Virus record (IMG/VR): IMGVR_UViG_3300044912_000678
Coordinates: 12,364-76,363 of that record
Origin: a virus
Length of the DNA stretch: 64,000 bases
Strand: one strand, 5' to 3'
Below are positions 18,840-28,557 of this stretch, piece by piece. The translations under genes were made by a program, and so were the position numbers. The notes below the pieces were generated by a model. That model made no database searches. It saw only the letters and a program-made list of their open reading frames with translations, and was not told where the DNA came from. Positions within the stretch are counted from its first letter, which is position 1, and each line of letters opens with the position of its first letter.

Positions 18840-19760
18840 ATGTTTTCATTTGGCTCTGATCCAGAAGTATTTATTTCCAGCAATGGCAAAATAATAAATG
18901 CCATTAATGTACTTCCAAACAAAGAAAACAAAATTAGCCGAGGTTACACATCCATCTATTATGATAATGTTTTGGCGGAAATGCAAATTACTCCTGCATA
19001 TTCAGCATCTGAAGCTATTCATAATATTCGCACGGCATTTCAGATGTTGCAAGAAAATATAAAAGATCATGAAATAAAAATCGAATCTGCTCATTGGCTT
19101 GATAATCAAGATCTTCTTGATAAGGAATCTAGAATTGTTGGGTGTAATTCTGAATTTTGTGCATATACACTTGAACAAATTCAGCCACCAGAAGATGTGA
19201 TTAAAAGCACTGGATTTCGTACTGCTGGTGGTCATATTCATTTGGGAAATAGTGATCTATTTCAAGATAGCAAAGGAATATTGAACACAGTTCGAATGTT
19301 AGATTTATTTGTCGCAATACCATCAGTGTTGCTTGATCAAGATATAACGCAAAAATACAGAAGAAAAATCTATGGTCATGCTGGAAGTCATAGAATTCCA
19401 GATCATGGTTTAGAATATCGTTGTCTTGGTAATTTTTGGTTAAAAAGCCCAAGACTTGTAGAGTTAATTTATGACTTGACTGCGTATACAATTAATTTTG
19501 TGGAAAAAGAGAAAAACAAACTTTTTTGGATTACAGACGAAGAGTTTGATGAAAATGTTGATCAGACAACCTTTTGTTTTGGTTATGATGCCAACCTACT
19601 TCAAACTTGTATAAATACATGCGACAGAAGAAAAGCCGAAAAGTTTATGCATATTGTAAACTGTCATCTACCAAAAGACTTGGCTTATAAAATAGAAGAT
19701 TTCTCTGAAACTAACTTTGATTTTTATCATGAATGGGGAATAGATTGTTTGGATTCATAA
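18840..19760 (+). CDS. phiEco32-like COOH-NH2 ligase type 2
   Basis: FGSDPEVF, DNVLAE, VGC, FRTAGGHIH, YG-AG--R, GLEYRCLGNFWL. Confidence 0.85.
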   Translation: MFSFGSDPEVFISSNGKIINAINVLPNKENKISRGYTSIYYDNVLAEMQITPAYSASEAIHNIRTAFQMLQENIKDHEIKIESAHWLDNQDLLDKESRIVGCNSEFCAYTLEQIQPPEDVIKSTGFRTAGGHIHLGNSDLFQDSKGILNTVRMLDLFVAIPSVLLDQDITQKYRRKIYGHAGSHRIPDHGLEYRCLGNFWLKSPRLVELIYDLTAYTINFVEKEKNKLFWITDEEFDENVDQTTFCFGYDANLLQTCINTCDRRKAEKFMHIVNCHLPKDLAYKIEDFSETNFDFYHEWGIDCLDS

Positions 19761-20350
19761 AAAAAAACTCAAACAAAAAGATAGAAAAAAATATATTTCT
19801 TTTGGTTGGAAGAAACCAAGAGCCAGAAGCCCTATTATCTTTGTATGAAAATAATTCGGAGATAATGAAGAATTGTAAAATTAATATTATAACACCAGAA
19901 GTTGAATGGTATCCAAAACCTTCTGGAATTACAAATCAAAACAAATCAATCAAAGGCTTGGTGAAAACATCATTGAGTTTGCGTCATGTTATAAATGACA
20001 TCATGAATCTTGAAAAAATAGATCCAGAGAACACAGTCATTGGCGGTTATTCTGCTGGTGCTGTTGTAGCCTTTCAAATTTGGATGACAAGCAAAATCAA
20101 AACATGCATAAGCCATAGCGGGTGCATATTAAATGTTGATAATATTATTTTAAATGAAACTCAAAAAAAATGTTTATTGATTCATAATCGTGATGACGAA
20201 ATTTTCACTTGGGAAGAAAGATACTTGCCCACAAGAAATTCACTAGTAGCGTTAAATTACGATGTTACAGCCATTGAAGGAACATATGGTGGTCATAGCA
20301 TTTCGGACAAACACATAAGATATGTAAGTAATTATCTTGATTTGTTTTGA
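19733..20350 (+). CDS. alpha/beta hydrolase (carboxylesterase/thioesterase-like)
   Basis: GGYSAG nucleophile elbow; H-RDDEI; GGHSI. Confidence 0.75.
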   Translation: MGNRLFGFIKKNSNKKIEKNIFLLVGRNQEPEALLSLYENNSEIMKNCKINIITPEVEWYPKPSGITNQNKSIKGLVKTSLSLRHVINDIMNLEKIDPENTVIGGYSAGAVVAFQIWMTSKIKTCISHSGCILNVDNIILNETQKKCLLIHNRDDEIFTWEERYLPTRNSLVALNYDVTAIEGTYGGHSISDKHIRYVSNYLDLF

Positions 20351-21054
20351 TTTCTTATATTCCTGCAGTTTGAATTTATATTTATTTCTCTGCACTTTCT
20401 ACAAGACCAAACTTTATCCATAGATAAAAATGCTTGGACTTCAAGCTTTAATCTTTTTTTGTGAATAATGAAATGATTTTTACAATTATGACAAAGACTT
20501 TTTTTGAAATTTTCTCGTAAGGTTTTTACCTTTGGTGTTTTTCTTGTTTTAACTTCGCTTTTTCTTTGATTTTTTCTATTCTCCCAATAAAACTTTAACA
20601 ATTCCTCTGGCATTGGTGGTATTGGAAATGTGCTTTCTTTCAAAAATCTGTAGCGACTACCATTGACATGTATAGAAGGAGGAAATACTGATTGAACATT
20701 ATTGCCCCTAAATTCAATACCACGAAATTTTGTTGCAGTTAATGTCACATCTGGATTTAAAAATATGTGATGAATAGATCTGCTGCTTTCAAAACAAGGA
20801 TGTTTGTAATTTCCTATTAAAGAATAAAGTAATTCATTTGATTCTTCTGTATCTGCTTCTACATCAATAATATCGCCAAGTAAAATTCCAATATTAAGAT
20901 TATCATGTTCCTGCAATAACATTTTCCATTTGTTTTGATCGTATTTAGAATTCCACTTAGATAATAGTGGCTTTTTAGATGTCGGATGAAGTAATATTGG
21001 CTTAAGCCCAATGCTTAAGTATTTTTCAAAATATGTTTTTATTTCATTGGACAT
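20332..21054 (-). CDS. bifunctional primase-polymerase N-terminal (Prim-Pol) domain protein with C-terminal Zn finger
   Basis: SKKPL, NIGILLG-IIDVEAD, H-IF, VFPPSIH-NGSRY; CHNC...CRKC. Confidence 0.75.
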   Translation of the reverse strand: MSNEIKTYFEKYLSIGLKPILLHPTSKKPLLSKWNSKYDQNKWKMLLQEHDNLNIGILLGDIIDVEADTEESNELLYSLIGNYKHPCFESSRSIHHIFLNPDVTLTATKFRGIEFRGNNVQSVFPPSIHVNGSRYRFLKESTFPIPPMPEELLKFYWENRKNQRKSEVKTRKTPKVKTLRENFKKSLCHNCKNHFIIHKKRLKLEVQAFLSMDKVWSCRKCREININSNCRNIRNQNKSR

Positions 21055-21108
21055 AATTGACAAAAAACCTCAAAATGATCCTATCTTAATGATAAAGGAG
21101 ATTTAAAC

Positions 21109-22008
21109 ATGGCAAGAATATTAGTTACTGGTGCTTCTGGATTCATTGGCTCCGCATTAGCAAATAAACTTCATGATCTTGGTCATGAGATCATTGTATC
21201 TGGAAGTAGGAGTGAAAGGAAGTGCAAGCATGATTACTTTTTACCTCCGAACTGTTCCGGACTAAGTAAATTAAAAAATTTAGATTATTGCTTTCATCAA
21301 GCAGCACACAATGATACTACGGACACCGATGAAGAGTATATGTACTCTATAAACTGCGATTTCTCTTTAGAAGTTTTTAATCAAGTTGCTGATATGGGTT
21401 GCAAAAAAATTATTTACGCAAGTAGTGCATCTGTCTATGGTTTGTTGCCTCCTCCACATCGAGAAGATGGCGAAACATGCCCCGCCAATATTTATTCGCA
21501 ATCGAAAAATAGACTAGAAAATATCGCAAATAAATTTTCAGAAGATAAAAAAATACCAGTCATTGGTTTGAGATATTTTAATGTTTATGGGATTGGAGAA
21601 CAGCACAAAAAAAACCGAGCAAGCATGATTTATAAATTGTGCAAACAAGCAATACAAAATGGAAAAGTCAGTGTATTTAAATCTGGCGAGCAAACAAGAG
21701 ATTGGGTTGCAGTTGAGGATATTGTTGATTTAAATATTTCCTGTTTAGAATATAACAAATCTGATGTTTTCAATGCTGGTACAGGTGTTGGAACTTCTAT
21801 AAATGATATCATATCCACTATTAAGGAAAATTTAGGGAAGCCACTTGAAGTGGAATACCTAGATAATCCATTTACTTTATTCTTTCAAAATCACACTAAA
21901 GCTCATATCAGAAAATCTCAAGAACTATTAAATTATAATCCAAAAGTCGATATTAAAACTGGTGTAAAGAATTTACTTGAAAAAATGAAAAAAGCCTCAA
22001 GTCTTTAG
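21109..22008 (+). CDS. ADP-heptose 6-epimerase (HldD/RfaD)-like extended SDR
   Basis: VTGASGFIGS, FHQAA--DTT, YASSASVYG, YSQSK, GLRYFNVYG-GEQHK--RASM. Confidence 0.8.
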   Translation: MARILVTGASGFIGSALANKLHDLGHEIIVSGSRSERKCKHDYFLPPNCSGLSKLKNLDYCFHQAAHNDTTDTDEEYMYSINCDFSLEVFNQVADMGCKKIIYASSASVYGLLPPPHREDGETCPANIYSQSKNRLENIANKFSEDKKIPVIGLRYFNVYGIGEQHKKNRASMIYKLCKQAIQNGKVSVFKSGEQTRDWVAVEDIVDLNISCLEYNKSDVFNAGTGVGTSINDIISTIKENLGKPLEVEYLDNPFTLFFQNHTKAHIRKSQELLNYNPKVDIKTGVKNLLEKMKKASSL

Positions 22009-22020
22009 ACATGAGGCTTT
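21990..22020. terminator. terminator hairpin between convergent genes
   Basis: AAAGCCTCA-GTCT/AGAC-TGAGGCTTT. Confidence 0.55.
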
Positions 22021-22040
22021 AATTTTATATTGAAAAAATG

Positions 22041-22886
22041 TTAGCTAATACCATCATAGAATTTTCGAGTTGGATTTGCACCAAAAACTCCTTCCATCCA
22101 AGAAGATTCATTTTTAATCTTCTTCATTTTCTTTTTTGCAACTGCAATTGCAAGTTTTTCTGGTAATCCTTTTTTCACAAGTTTGCTGATTATAGCTGCT
22201 TCTGAATCTTCGCTTGCTTCAACATCTGAGTCAGTATCTGAATCAACATCTTTTTTTGGCACACTTTTCTTAGATTTCTTTTTGTGCGTTGATTTCTTAG
22301 ATTCATTATAAGAAGATTCTTTCATGCACTTCATACACTTCATGTGTTTCATATGCTTTTTATGCTTTTTAGATTCTTCAAATTCATCTCCATCACTTTC
22401 ATCATGATCTTCATCACCTTCATGATCCTCATCACCTTCATGATCCTCATCACCTTCATGATCTTCATCACCTTCATGATCTTCATCACCTTCATGATCT
22501 TCATCACCTTCATGATCTTCATCACCTTTATCTTCATGATCCTCATGATCCTCATCACCTTTATCTTCATGATCCTCATGATCCTCATGATCCATATCTT
22601 CATGATCCATATCTTCTTTTTTCATATTTTTGGAATATTTTCCACAATATTTACACTTGCTCATCTTTGGCTCATCTTTTTCTGATGCTGCTGGTACTGT
22701 TTCTCCATCACCACTTTCATCTTCGATAACTTCTTTTTTTGCTTTAGCTTCACTATGAACTGGATCAAAAAGACTAGAAGGACTAACTAATCCCAAATTT
22801 TGGTGATTTGAAAGACCTAAAGTTTGATTAAAAAAGCTTTCGTTTAAAGATTTCCAATTTTTATAAGACAACATATTATTCTCCAA
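22041..22886 (-). CDS. His/Asp/Glu-repeat protein with CTS-like N-terminus (prohead core or metal-binding candidate)
   Basis: MLSYKNWKSLNES; (HEGDED)6 flanked by CKYC and KCMKC. Confidence 0.65.
   Translation of the reverse strand: MENNMLSYKNWKSLNESFFNQTLGLSNHQNLGLVSPSSLFDPVHSEAKAKKEVIEDESGDGETVPAASEKDEPKMSKCKYCGKYSKNMKKEDMDHEDMDHEDHEDHEDKGDEDHEDHEDKGDEDHEGDEDHEGDEDHEGDEDHEGDEDHEGDEDHEGDEDHDESDGDEFEESKKHKKHMKHMKCMKCMKESSYNESKKSTHKKKSKKSVPKKDVDSDTDSDVEASEDSEAAIISKLVKKGLPEKLAIAVAKKKMKKIKNESSWMEGVFGANPTRKFYDGIS
22403..22612 (-). repeat. intragenic 18-bp tandem repeat (HEGDED/HED)
   Basis: Repeated tcatcaccttcatgatc(t/c) units. Confidence 0.85.
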
Positions 22887-22903
22887 TTCTTTACATAACT
22901 AGG

Positions 22904-23665
22904 ATGATGAAAAAATTCTACTTAGCATTGTTATTTATCTTATTTTTTTTGTTTTTTTACAACAAAAGACAAACAGATGTCGTTTTTTTTAAAAAAAATG
23001 GCAATTCGCAAAATAAAACAGAATATAAATCTATAAAATCATTAGCTTCATATAATCTATCCATACATCTAATACAAAAATTTCCAATAACTTTGAGTGG
23101 CAATCTTTTCTATGATGATAAAAAGTTTAGATTGTCTGCATCAAGTTTTTTTGGAAAAGAACTTGATATTGGCATAAATGATAATTTTTTATGGTATTGG
23201 TCAAAAAGATCTAAACCAAAAGCGATTTATTATTCTGATGTCAAAAACTTGAGTAAGACTGGATTAAAATCAGCATTAAATCCAGAATGGATAATACTTA
23301 GCCTTAATATTAACAACAATGTTGAAAATTCAAAAGAGATTATAAAACTTCCACAAGGAAATTTACATCTTAAAGATCATAATAATGCTTTGGCGAATGG
23401 CATGACTGTTGGAACTTTGATTGACAACGATACCGTTAAAGGTAATTATTTATTTTCCAATAATGGCAAAATGATCGCCAGCAGTGAGATCATCGAAAAT
23501 CAAACTATTGCTGGCGTTTTACTTCCAAAGAAATTGCATATCATTTGGTATGATGAAAACATTATTATGGATTGGCATATATCTGATGTTCGATTAAATC
23601 AGAATATCCATAATAATGTGTGGGTAATGCCAAACATTTATCCAAAAATAGACATTGGAAAATAA
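22904..23665 (+). CDS. membrane-anchored beta-rich protein (possibly LolA-like fold)
   Basis: N-terminal TM; ELDIGINDNFLWYWSKR motif. Confidence 0.55.
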   Translation: MMKKFYLALLFILFFLFFYNKRQTDVVFFKKNGNSQNKTEYKSIKSLASYNLSIHLIQKFPITLSGNLFYDDKKFRLSASSFFGKELDIGINDNFLWYWSKRSKPKAIYYSDVKNLSKTGLKSALNPEWIILSLNINNNVENSKEIIKLPQGNLHLKDHNNALANGMTVGTLIDNDTVKGNYLFSNNGKMIASSEIIENQTIAGVLLPKKLHIIWYDENIIMDWHISDVRLNQNIHNNVWVMPNIYPKIDIGK

Positions 23666-23666
23666 T

Positions 23667-23918
23667 TTACTTTCCAAATGCTTTCCGTATGGCATCTCTT
23701 CTTACTTGTTGTATTTTTCTTTTTTCGTTGTATGCTCCAGAAGCACTGCGAGGTGCAGGTGGAGTTTGCGAAGTCGTTTGTGCCATTGTCTGCATGTTTT
23801 TAGGGGGCATGACAATATTTTTTGTTGAATTTGCAACAGGCTTCAATGCAGCCTGTTGTCTTGGACCCGAACTAGATCTATTTGCTCCAAAGCTATTTTT
23901 TCTGCATCCGCAAGCCAT
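23667..23918 (-). CDS. small basic protein with N-terminal CGC motif
   Basis: MACGCRK; GAGGTG RBS. Confidence 0.6.
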   Translation of the reverse strand: MACGCRKNSFGANRSSSGPRQQAALKPVANSTKNIVMPPKNMQTMAQTTSQTPPAPRSASGAYNEKRKIQQVRRDAIRKAFGK

Positions 23919-23927
23919 AAATCACCT

Positions 23928-24119
23928 CTATAGATATTTGATTTTTTTCATTTTATCGTGCAGATCCTGCAATTTTCGCTCCTTACTAACTGTTGGGCGT
24001 TTATTCTTGCAGCCACATCCCTTTTTAACTCCTTGTTTTGCCACTTTCAAATCTTCTTGCAAAGGTTGTTGTGGAATTGCCTCCTGCAATTTATTTTGAT
24101 CTGGGTTCTCTTTTAACAT
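23928..24119 (-). CDS. small basic protein with GCGCK motif
   Basis: KKGCGCKNK; TAAATA-N4-ATG upstream. Confidence 0.6.
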   Translation of the reverse strand: MLKENPDQNKLQEAIPQQPLQEDLKVAKQGVKKGCGCKNKRPTVSKERKLQDLHDKMKKIKYL

Positions 24120-24142
24120 AATATATTTATGGAGAATAAAAA

Positions 24143-25669
24143 ATGTTTAACGAAGAAGAAATAAAAAACATCAAAGAAAAAGCAGAAACCTTGCTTATTG
24201 ATAGGTTTTCTTGTGGAAAAGATAGAGATGCAGAACTTCTTGCGACTCAAATCTTAAAAATAGATCCAAATAATGCAAAAATAATTCAACTTCTTGGATT
24301 GTTGAAACACAAACAACAAGATTATGACGCAGCTTTAGATTACTTTAAAAAATCAACATTAATTGAGCCAAATAATTTTGAAAATTACAACAACATTGGA
24401 TTATGCCTCTCTGGTCTTGGTAAATACACCGAAGCGATTAAGGTTTTAGAAAAAGCAAAAACCCTAAGACCAGATTTAGATTACATTTATTCTAATCTTG
24501 GCTTGCAATATAGAAGCAACAAACAAATAGACAAAGCAATTGCGTGTTTTGAAACTGCTTTAGAAATAAAAGAATCGGCAGAATCTTGGAGTATGCTTGG
24601 TGGTTGTTATGGAGAAATTAGAGATTTGTATAAAGCGGAAAGTTGTTTTATTGCTGCGATAAAGTTAAATAAAGATTCTGCTGCTGCTCATGTTGATTTA
24701 GCATCAATATATCAATTTAGAGGTCAATGGAAAGAAGCTTGGTCTGAATATGAATGGAGGTTCAAACTTTACGAACAGTCTAAGTTTTGGGATTTTATAT
24801 TCGATCCAGAAAAAAGGCTTAAATGTGGACAAAACATAAATGATAAAAGAATACTAATCCATTCCGAACAAGGAACTGGCGATATGATTCATTTCTTTCG
24901 TTATGTTAAATTTATGAAACAAAAGGGTGCTTATATAATCTTACATTGTTGGGAAAGTTTAAAGCCGTTGTTCGAATCGGAAGTTGATGAAATTTATACA
25001 AAAGAACCAGCAGAAATTCCGGGATATAAGCATAGGGATGCTGATTTCGACATGCCAATTCATGATTATCATTGCTCTATTATAAGCCTACCATACATTC
25101 TTGATATGAATTTTATTCCCAATGATCCATATTTAAAATCAACAAAAAAGTTCAATACAGAAGATTATAAAGATAATTTCAAAATTGGAATTGTTTGGGC
25201 TGGAAATCCTCAGCATCCAAATGACAAATACAGATCTTGTAAATTAAAAGATTTTAAGAAAATACACGACATTCCTCATGTCAAATTATTTAACTTACAA
25301 AAAGATATGCGTCCTAGAATGTATCGTTTTGAAGATGAGCCTGTAGATTTAACAGATGGTGCAGATAATTTTAAAATTGTAGATGCATCTGAATTTCAAA
25401 AAGATTATGATTATACGGCTTCGATTATTGAGGCGATGGATTTGATTATTACTGTCGATACTTCAATATTGCATTTGGCTGGTTCATTGGGAAAGCCAAC
25501 ATTTGCCTTGATTTCTTGGAATGGTGATTGGAGATGGAAGTTAGATGGTACAAAAACTGAATGGTATCCATCCGTAAAGTTATTTAGGCAGAAAAATCTC
25601 AATGATTGGGATTATGTTTTTGAAGAAATTTACGAAGAAATCATGAGGTCACATGAAAACAGTTTATAG
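24143..25669 (+). CDS. TPR-repeat glycosyltransferase (GT9/GT-B-like C-terminus)
   Basis: Several TPRs; EQGTGD-I-F-RY, IGIVWAGNP-H-ND--RS, DLIITVDTS--HLAG-LG-PT, DWRW. Confidence 0.85.
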   Translation: MFNEEEIKNIKEKAETLLIDRFSCGKDRDAELLATQILKIDPNNAKIIQLLGLLKHKQQDYDAALDYFKKSTLIEPNNFENYNNIGLCLSGLGKYTEAIKVLEKAKTLRPDLDYIYSNLGLQYRSNKQIDKAIACFETALEIKESAESWSMLGGCYGEIRDLYKAESCFIAAIKLNKDSAAAHVDLASIYQFRGQWKEAWSEYEWRFKLYEQSKFWDFIFDPEKRLKCGQNINDKRILIHSEQGTGDMIHFFRYVKFMKQKGAYIILHCWESLKPLFESEVDEIYTKEPAEIPGYKHRDADFDMPIHDYHCSIISLPYILDMNFIPNDPYLKSTKKFNTEDYKDNFKIGIVWAGNPQHPNDKYRSCKLKDFKKIHDIPHVKLFNLQKDMRPRMYRFEDEPVDLTDGADNFKIVDASEFQKDYDYTASIIEAMDLIITVDTSILHLAGSLGKPTFALISWNGDWRWKLDGTKTEWYPSVKLFRQKNLNDWDYVFEEIYEEIMRSHENSL

Positions 25670-26504
25670 AATTAGCGATAATGGATATGTGAAGCCAAAA
25701 CTTCCCGGAGCAACCAAATTGCTTTGTCTTGAAAACTTTTTAGAAACATTTGGAAAAATTGATTATTTAATAGCTGACAATTGCTCGAATGAAACAATTG
25801 AAAAAATTTCTACTGTGGCGGAGCAATTCCATGTAACCAAACTTGGTAATGCACCTTCATTTATTTATTCTGTCGATATTCTTGCTAAAGAAGGTATAGA
25901 AAATGATGAACTAATTTATTTTGTTGAAGATGATTATCTCCATCATCCAAACAGTAAAAGTACTTTAGAAAATGCACTCAATCTAGCTGATTATTTGACT
26001 CTTTTTGATCATCCTGACAAATATTCTAGAATGTATAGTTGTGGAGAAACAAGCAAGGTACAACGAGTTAAAAATCAACATTGGAAAACCTCTGTCAGTA
26101 CCACCATGACATTTGCCTGTAAGTATAAAACTATTAAAGATGATTTTTTTAGGGTTTTCAAAAAGTTTTGTGTCAATTTTCATCCAAATGATCACGAGAT
26201 TTTTGAGCGTTTGCAAAAAACATATAAAAGAAAATTAATGGTTTGCATACCGGGACTTTCATTCCATACAGATGTTACCACATATATTATGAATGTTGAT
26301 TCTCTTTCCGAAAGCATGGATAGTTGGGCAGTTGATTATATAATAGAAAAAATGAAGGTTCTTATTTTTAAAACAAATGATGGCGACTTAGTAGAAGAGC
26401 TTGAAGTATTGATAAGAACAAAAAATCGTGATTACTCAGTCTCAAATAATTTGGCATATTTAGAAAATTTATCTACGATATATGAAAAAAGAAAATTAAA
26501 ATAA
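25653..26504 (+). CDS. GT-A-like glycosyltransferase
   Basis: IADNC, LGNA-SF, IYFVEDDYLH, STTMTFA. Confidence 0.6.
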   Translation: MKTVYRISDNGYVKPKLPGATKLLCLENFLETFGKIDYLIADNCSNETIEKISTVAEQFHVTKLGNAPSFIYSVDILAKEGIENDELIYFVEDDYLHHPNSKSTLENALNLADYLTLFDHPDKYSRMYSCGETSKVQRVKNQHWKTSVSTTMTFACKYKTIKDDFFRVFKKFCVNFHPNDHEIFERLQKTYKRKLMVCIPGLSFHTDVTTYIMNVDSLSESMDSWAVDYIIEKMKVLIFKTNDGDLVEELEVLIRTKNRDYSVSNNLAYLENLSTIYEKRKLK

Positions 26505-27134
26505 AAAATTATTAGAGAATAATTTTAGCTTATCTAATGATTGCTTTTGATTTATCAAAGGCAATATAATGATTGGATTTTTTATGGTGTTTATATTTTC
26601 AATGGCAGATTCAATTGCTTGTTTTATGGAACAATACATAAAATGAGAATCTATTTTTAAATAAGATGGATTGAAGCAGACCAATATCTCAATTATTGTT
26701 TTTTCTAATTCTCTAAACAATATTTGATTACCTTCATTGCCAATAAGATCGATGTTCAAAAACCAATTAAATGACTCATCGTCATAATCCAAAGCCAAAT
26801 GTTTAAGTCCTGATTTTTTATGAATTTCTATATAATCTTCTATTTGGCTTAGAAACAATGGGTTTTCTGAGTTTTTTGATTTATAAATTTCATAAAGATA
26901 AGCAATGATTGATTTGAATGAAAAGATGACAATTTTTTTTGATTTCATATCTTTGCGAAAACAAAAGCTGCAAAAAAATTCATCATCAACAATACTTTTG
27001 GGAATTTTTTGTACCATATCATGATTTATTAGCACTTGTTTTGAGCAAACTGTGCAATTTTTATAGAATTCATCAGATAATTCTTCTTTCATTTTTTGTT
27101 CGACTGGAAAAATTTCGATTTTATACTCATACAT
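26496..27134 (-). CDS. hypothetical Zn-finger protein
   Basis: CTVC...FCSFC; 212-aa ORF. Confidence 0.65.
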   Translation of the reverse strand: MYEYKIEIFPVEQKMKEELSDEFYKNCTVCSKQVLINHDMVQKIPKSIVDDEFFCSFCFRKDMKSKKIVIFSFKSIIAYLYEIYKSKNSENPLFLSQIEDYIEIHKKSGLKHLALDYDDESFNWFLNIDLIGNEGNQILFRELEKTIIEILVCFNPSYLKIDSHFMYCSIKQAIESAIENINTIKNPIIILPLINQKQSLDKLKLFSNNFLF

Positions 27135-27169
27135 AATAAAACCCCTTCTTCTTAGCTTGCTAAGTTTTG

Positions 27170-27198
27170 AAGATAAATGGTTTATGGTCAGATGTCAA
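27170..27198 (-). promoter_or_regulatory. sigma70-like promoter
   Basis: TTGACA-N17-TATCTT on the reverse strand, upstream of 27134. Confidence 0.55.
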
Positions 27199-27316
27199 CG
27201 ATTATAGACCAAGATGGCTGATATATTTTAAAAATTTTTGAGATCAGAACCCTAAATAGAGCATATGATCTTAGGCTGGCTAATGTCAGTTAAAATGAAA
27301 TTTAAAGAGGTTAACT

Positions 27317-27565
27317 ATGAAGTCTTTTATTGAATTTTGTCAGGAAACGAAAAAAGAATTGCCCGTTTACGATTTGTCAGAAAAGACAACTAGGGGCGGG
27401 ATTATGAGTTGGGCTTATCCAGATGCATATATCAGAAGCCACTATCCAGCAGCTTATTTTATGCCAACATCCGCTGATGCGGTTCAAAAAATGGGTAAAA
27501 AAGTTGACGATAGTAAAGTTGATCATGGACAGTTCAAGTATAAAAATCATGACAATCTTGACTAA
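27317..27565 (+). CDS. small protein with CTS-like N-terminus
   Basis: MKSFIEFCQE, close to T4 IP CTS MKTYQEFIAE; TAAATA upstream; GAGG RBS. Confidence 0.7.
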   Translation: MKSFIEFCQETKKELPVYDLSEKTTRGGIMSWAYPDAYIRSHYPAAYFMPTSADAVQKMGKKVDDSKVDHGQFKYKNHDNLD

Positions 27566-27581
27566 GATACATCTGATCAAC

Positions 27582-27619
27582 AAAAAAACCTCTCTTGAAT
27601 TAACTTGAGAGGTTTTTTT
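27582..27619. terminator. bidirectional intrinsic terminator
   Basis: AAAAAAACCTCTC...GAGAGGTTTTTTT. Confidence 0.75.
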
Positions 27620-27623
27620 GTTT

Positions 27624-27950
27624 TTAGTTTTTTGCATTTTTCAGTCTGTGTTTATGATCTTCTTCGGTTGTTGTATGTTTTTTCTTGGGAATTAAATCTA
27701 GATGATTTTCCCAATAACCCCACATTTCTTCATTTTGAGGGCATTGAAAAATCATACCTCTGTTAAAATATTTTTGAATAATTTCTTCAACCCTTTGTTT
27801 TGATAGATTTGCTTCTTTAGATAATTGTGCGACACTTCTCCATTTCCACTTCGAATGTCTAGATATAGCAATGAAAAAACCTTGTTCTTCATCACCTTCT
27901 TTTGTTCCTTGAGGATAAACCTGTGTCCAATTTTTAATTTTATGAGCCAT
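27624..27950 (-). CDS. winged-helix-like hypothetical protein
   Basis: WRSVAQLSKEANLSKQRVEEIIQKYFNRGMI. Confidence 0.6.
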   Translation of the reverse strand: MAHKIKNWTQVYPQGTKEGDEEQGFFIAISRHSKWKWRSVAQLSKEANLSKQRVEEIIQKYFNRGMIFQCPQNEEMWGYWENHLDLIPKKKHTTTEEDHKHRLKNAKN

Positions 27951-28064
27951 AATTAAACCTTTTAAATAAAAAACAAATACAAAATATTATAGTTGATTTC
28001 TTTTTATAAAAAACAATTTTCTTAAAGATACTAGATTAATTGACACCAACCAAAAGGAAAAGTC

Positions 28065-28496
28065 ATGCCAAAACCAAGAAGACTCACAAAAGAAGAAAAA
28101 ATTCAGAAAAGAGAAAATAGTTTTAAAGGTACTGGACTCTATATTTATGAGAACAATACTGATGGCTATTTAACTTTACCAAAACCAGCAAGTGATGGTC
28201 GAAAAGTAATTCCGCCTCGTGGCAAATTCAATGGTGATAGTTATTTTATGCAGCTTGTAAAACCTCCATCAAACTTATTGCGTTTTATGGAAGAAATAAA
28301 AGAGGAGAAAAAAATGACAGAACAGAAACTTATTCTTGATCAACCTGATACCGTAACTGCAAAGGGAACTATCGAACATGTTGTCGATAACAATGTTCCT
28401 TCGCAACGAATCAATGATTCTGTAGATAATACTAAAAAACCAGATGTTCTTTTGAACGAAAGTCCAATTGATGGTCTAGAAATCATTAAGGCTTAA
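28065..28496 (+). CDS. hypothetical protein
   Basis: 143-aa ORF with AAGGA RBS. Confidence 0.7.
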   Translation: MPKPRRLTKEEKIQKRENSFKGTGLYIYENNTDGYLTLPKPASDGRKVIPPRGKFNGDSYFMQLVKPPSNLLRFMEEIKEEKKMTEQKLILDQPDTVTAKGTIEHVVDNNVPSQRINDSVDNTKKPDVLLNESPIDGLEIIKA

Positions 28497-28507
28497 TTGC
28501 AAAACAG

Positions 28508-28557
28508 TTGTTCAAAATTGTCTAAAACTCAAATATATTTTAGACAATTTTGAACAA
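28508..28557. repeat. perfect 20-bp inverted repeat with 10-nt loop
   Basis: TTGTTCAAAATTGTCTAAAA / TTTTAGACAATTTTGAACAA. Confidence 0.85.

Noticed and set aside
22344-22685. ORF-track proteins with IFITFM / KIMKVM repeats
   Set aside because: Shadow frames of the HEGDED coding repeat
27135-27316. Riboswitch or ncRNA in the 180-bp gap
   Set aside because: Explained by divergent promoters (TTGACA-N17-TATCTT and TAAATA); only short hairpins present
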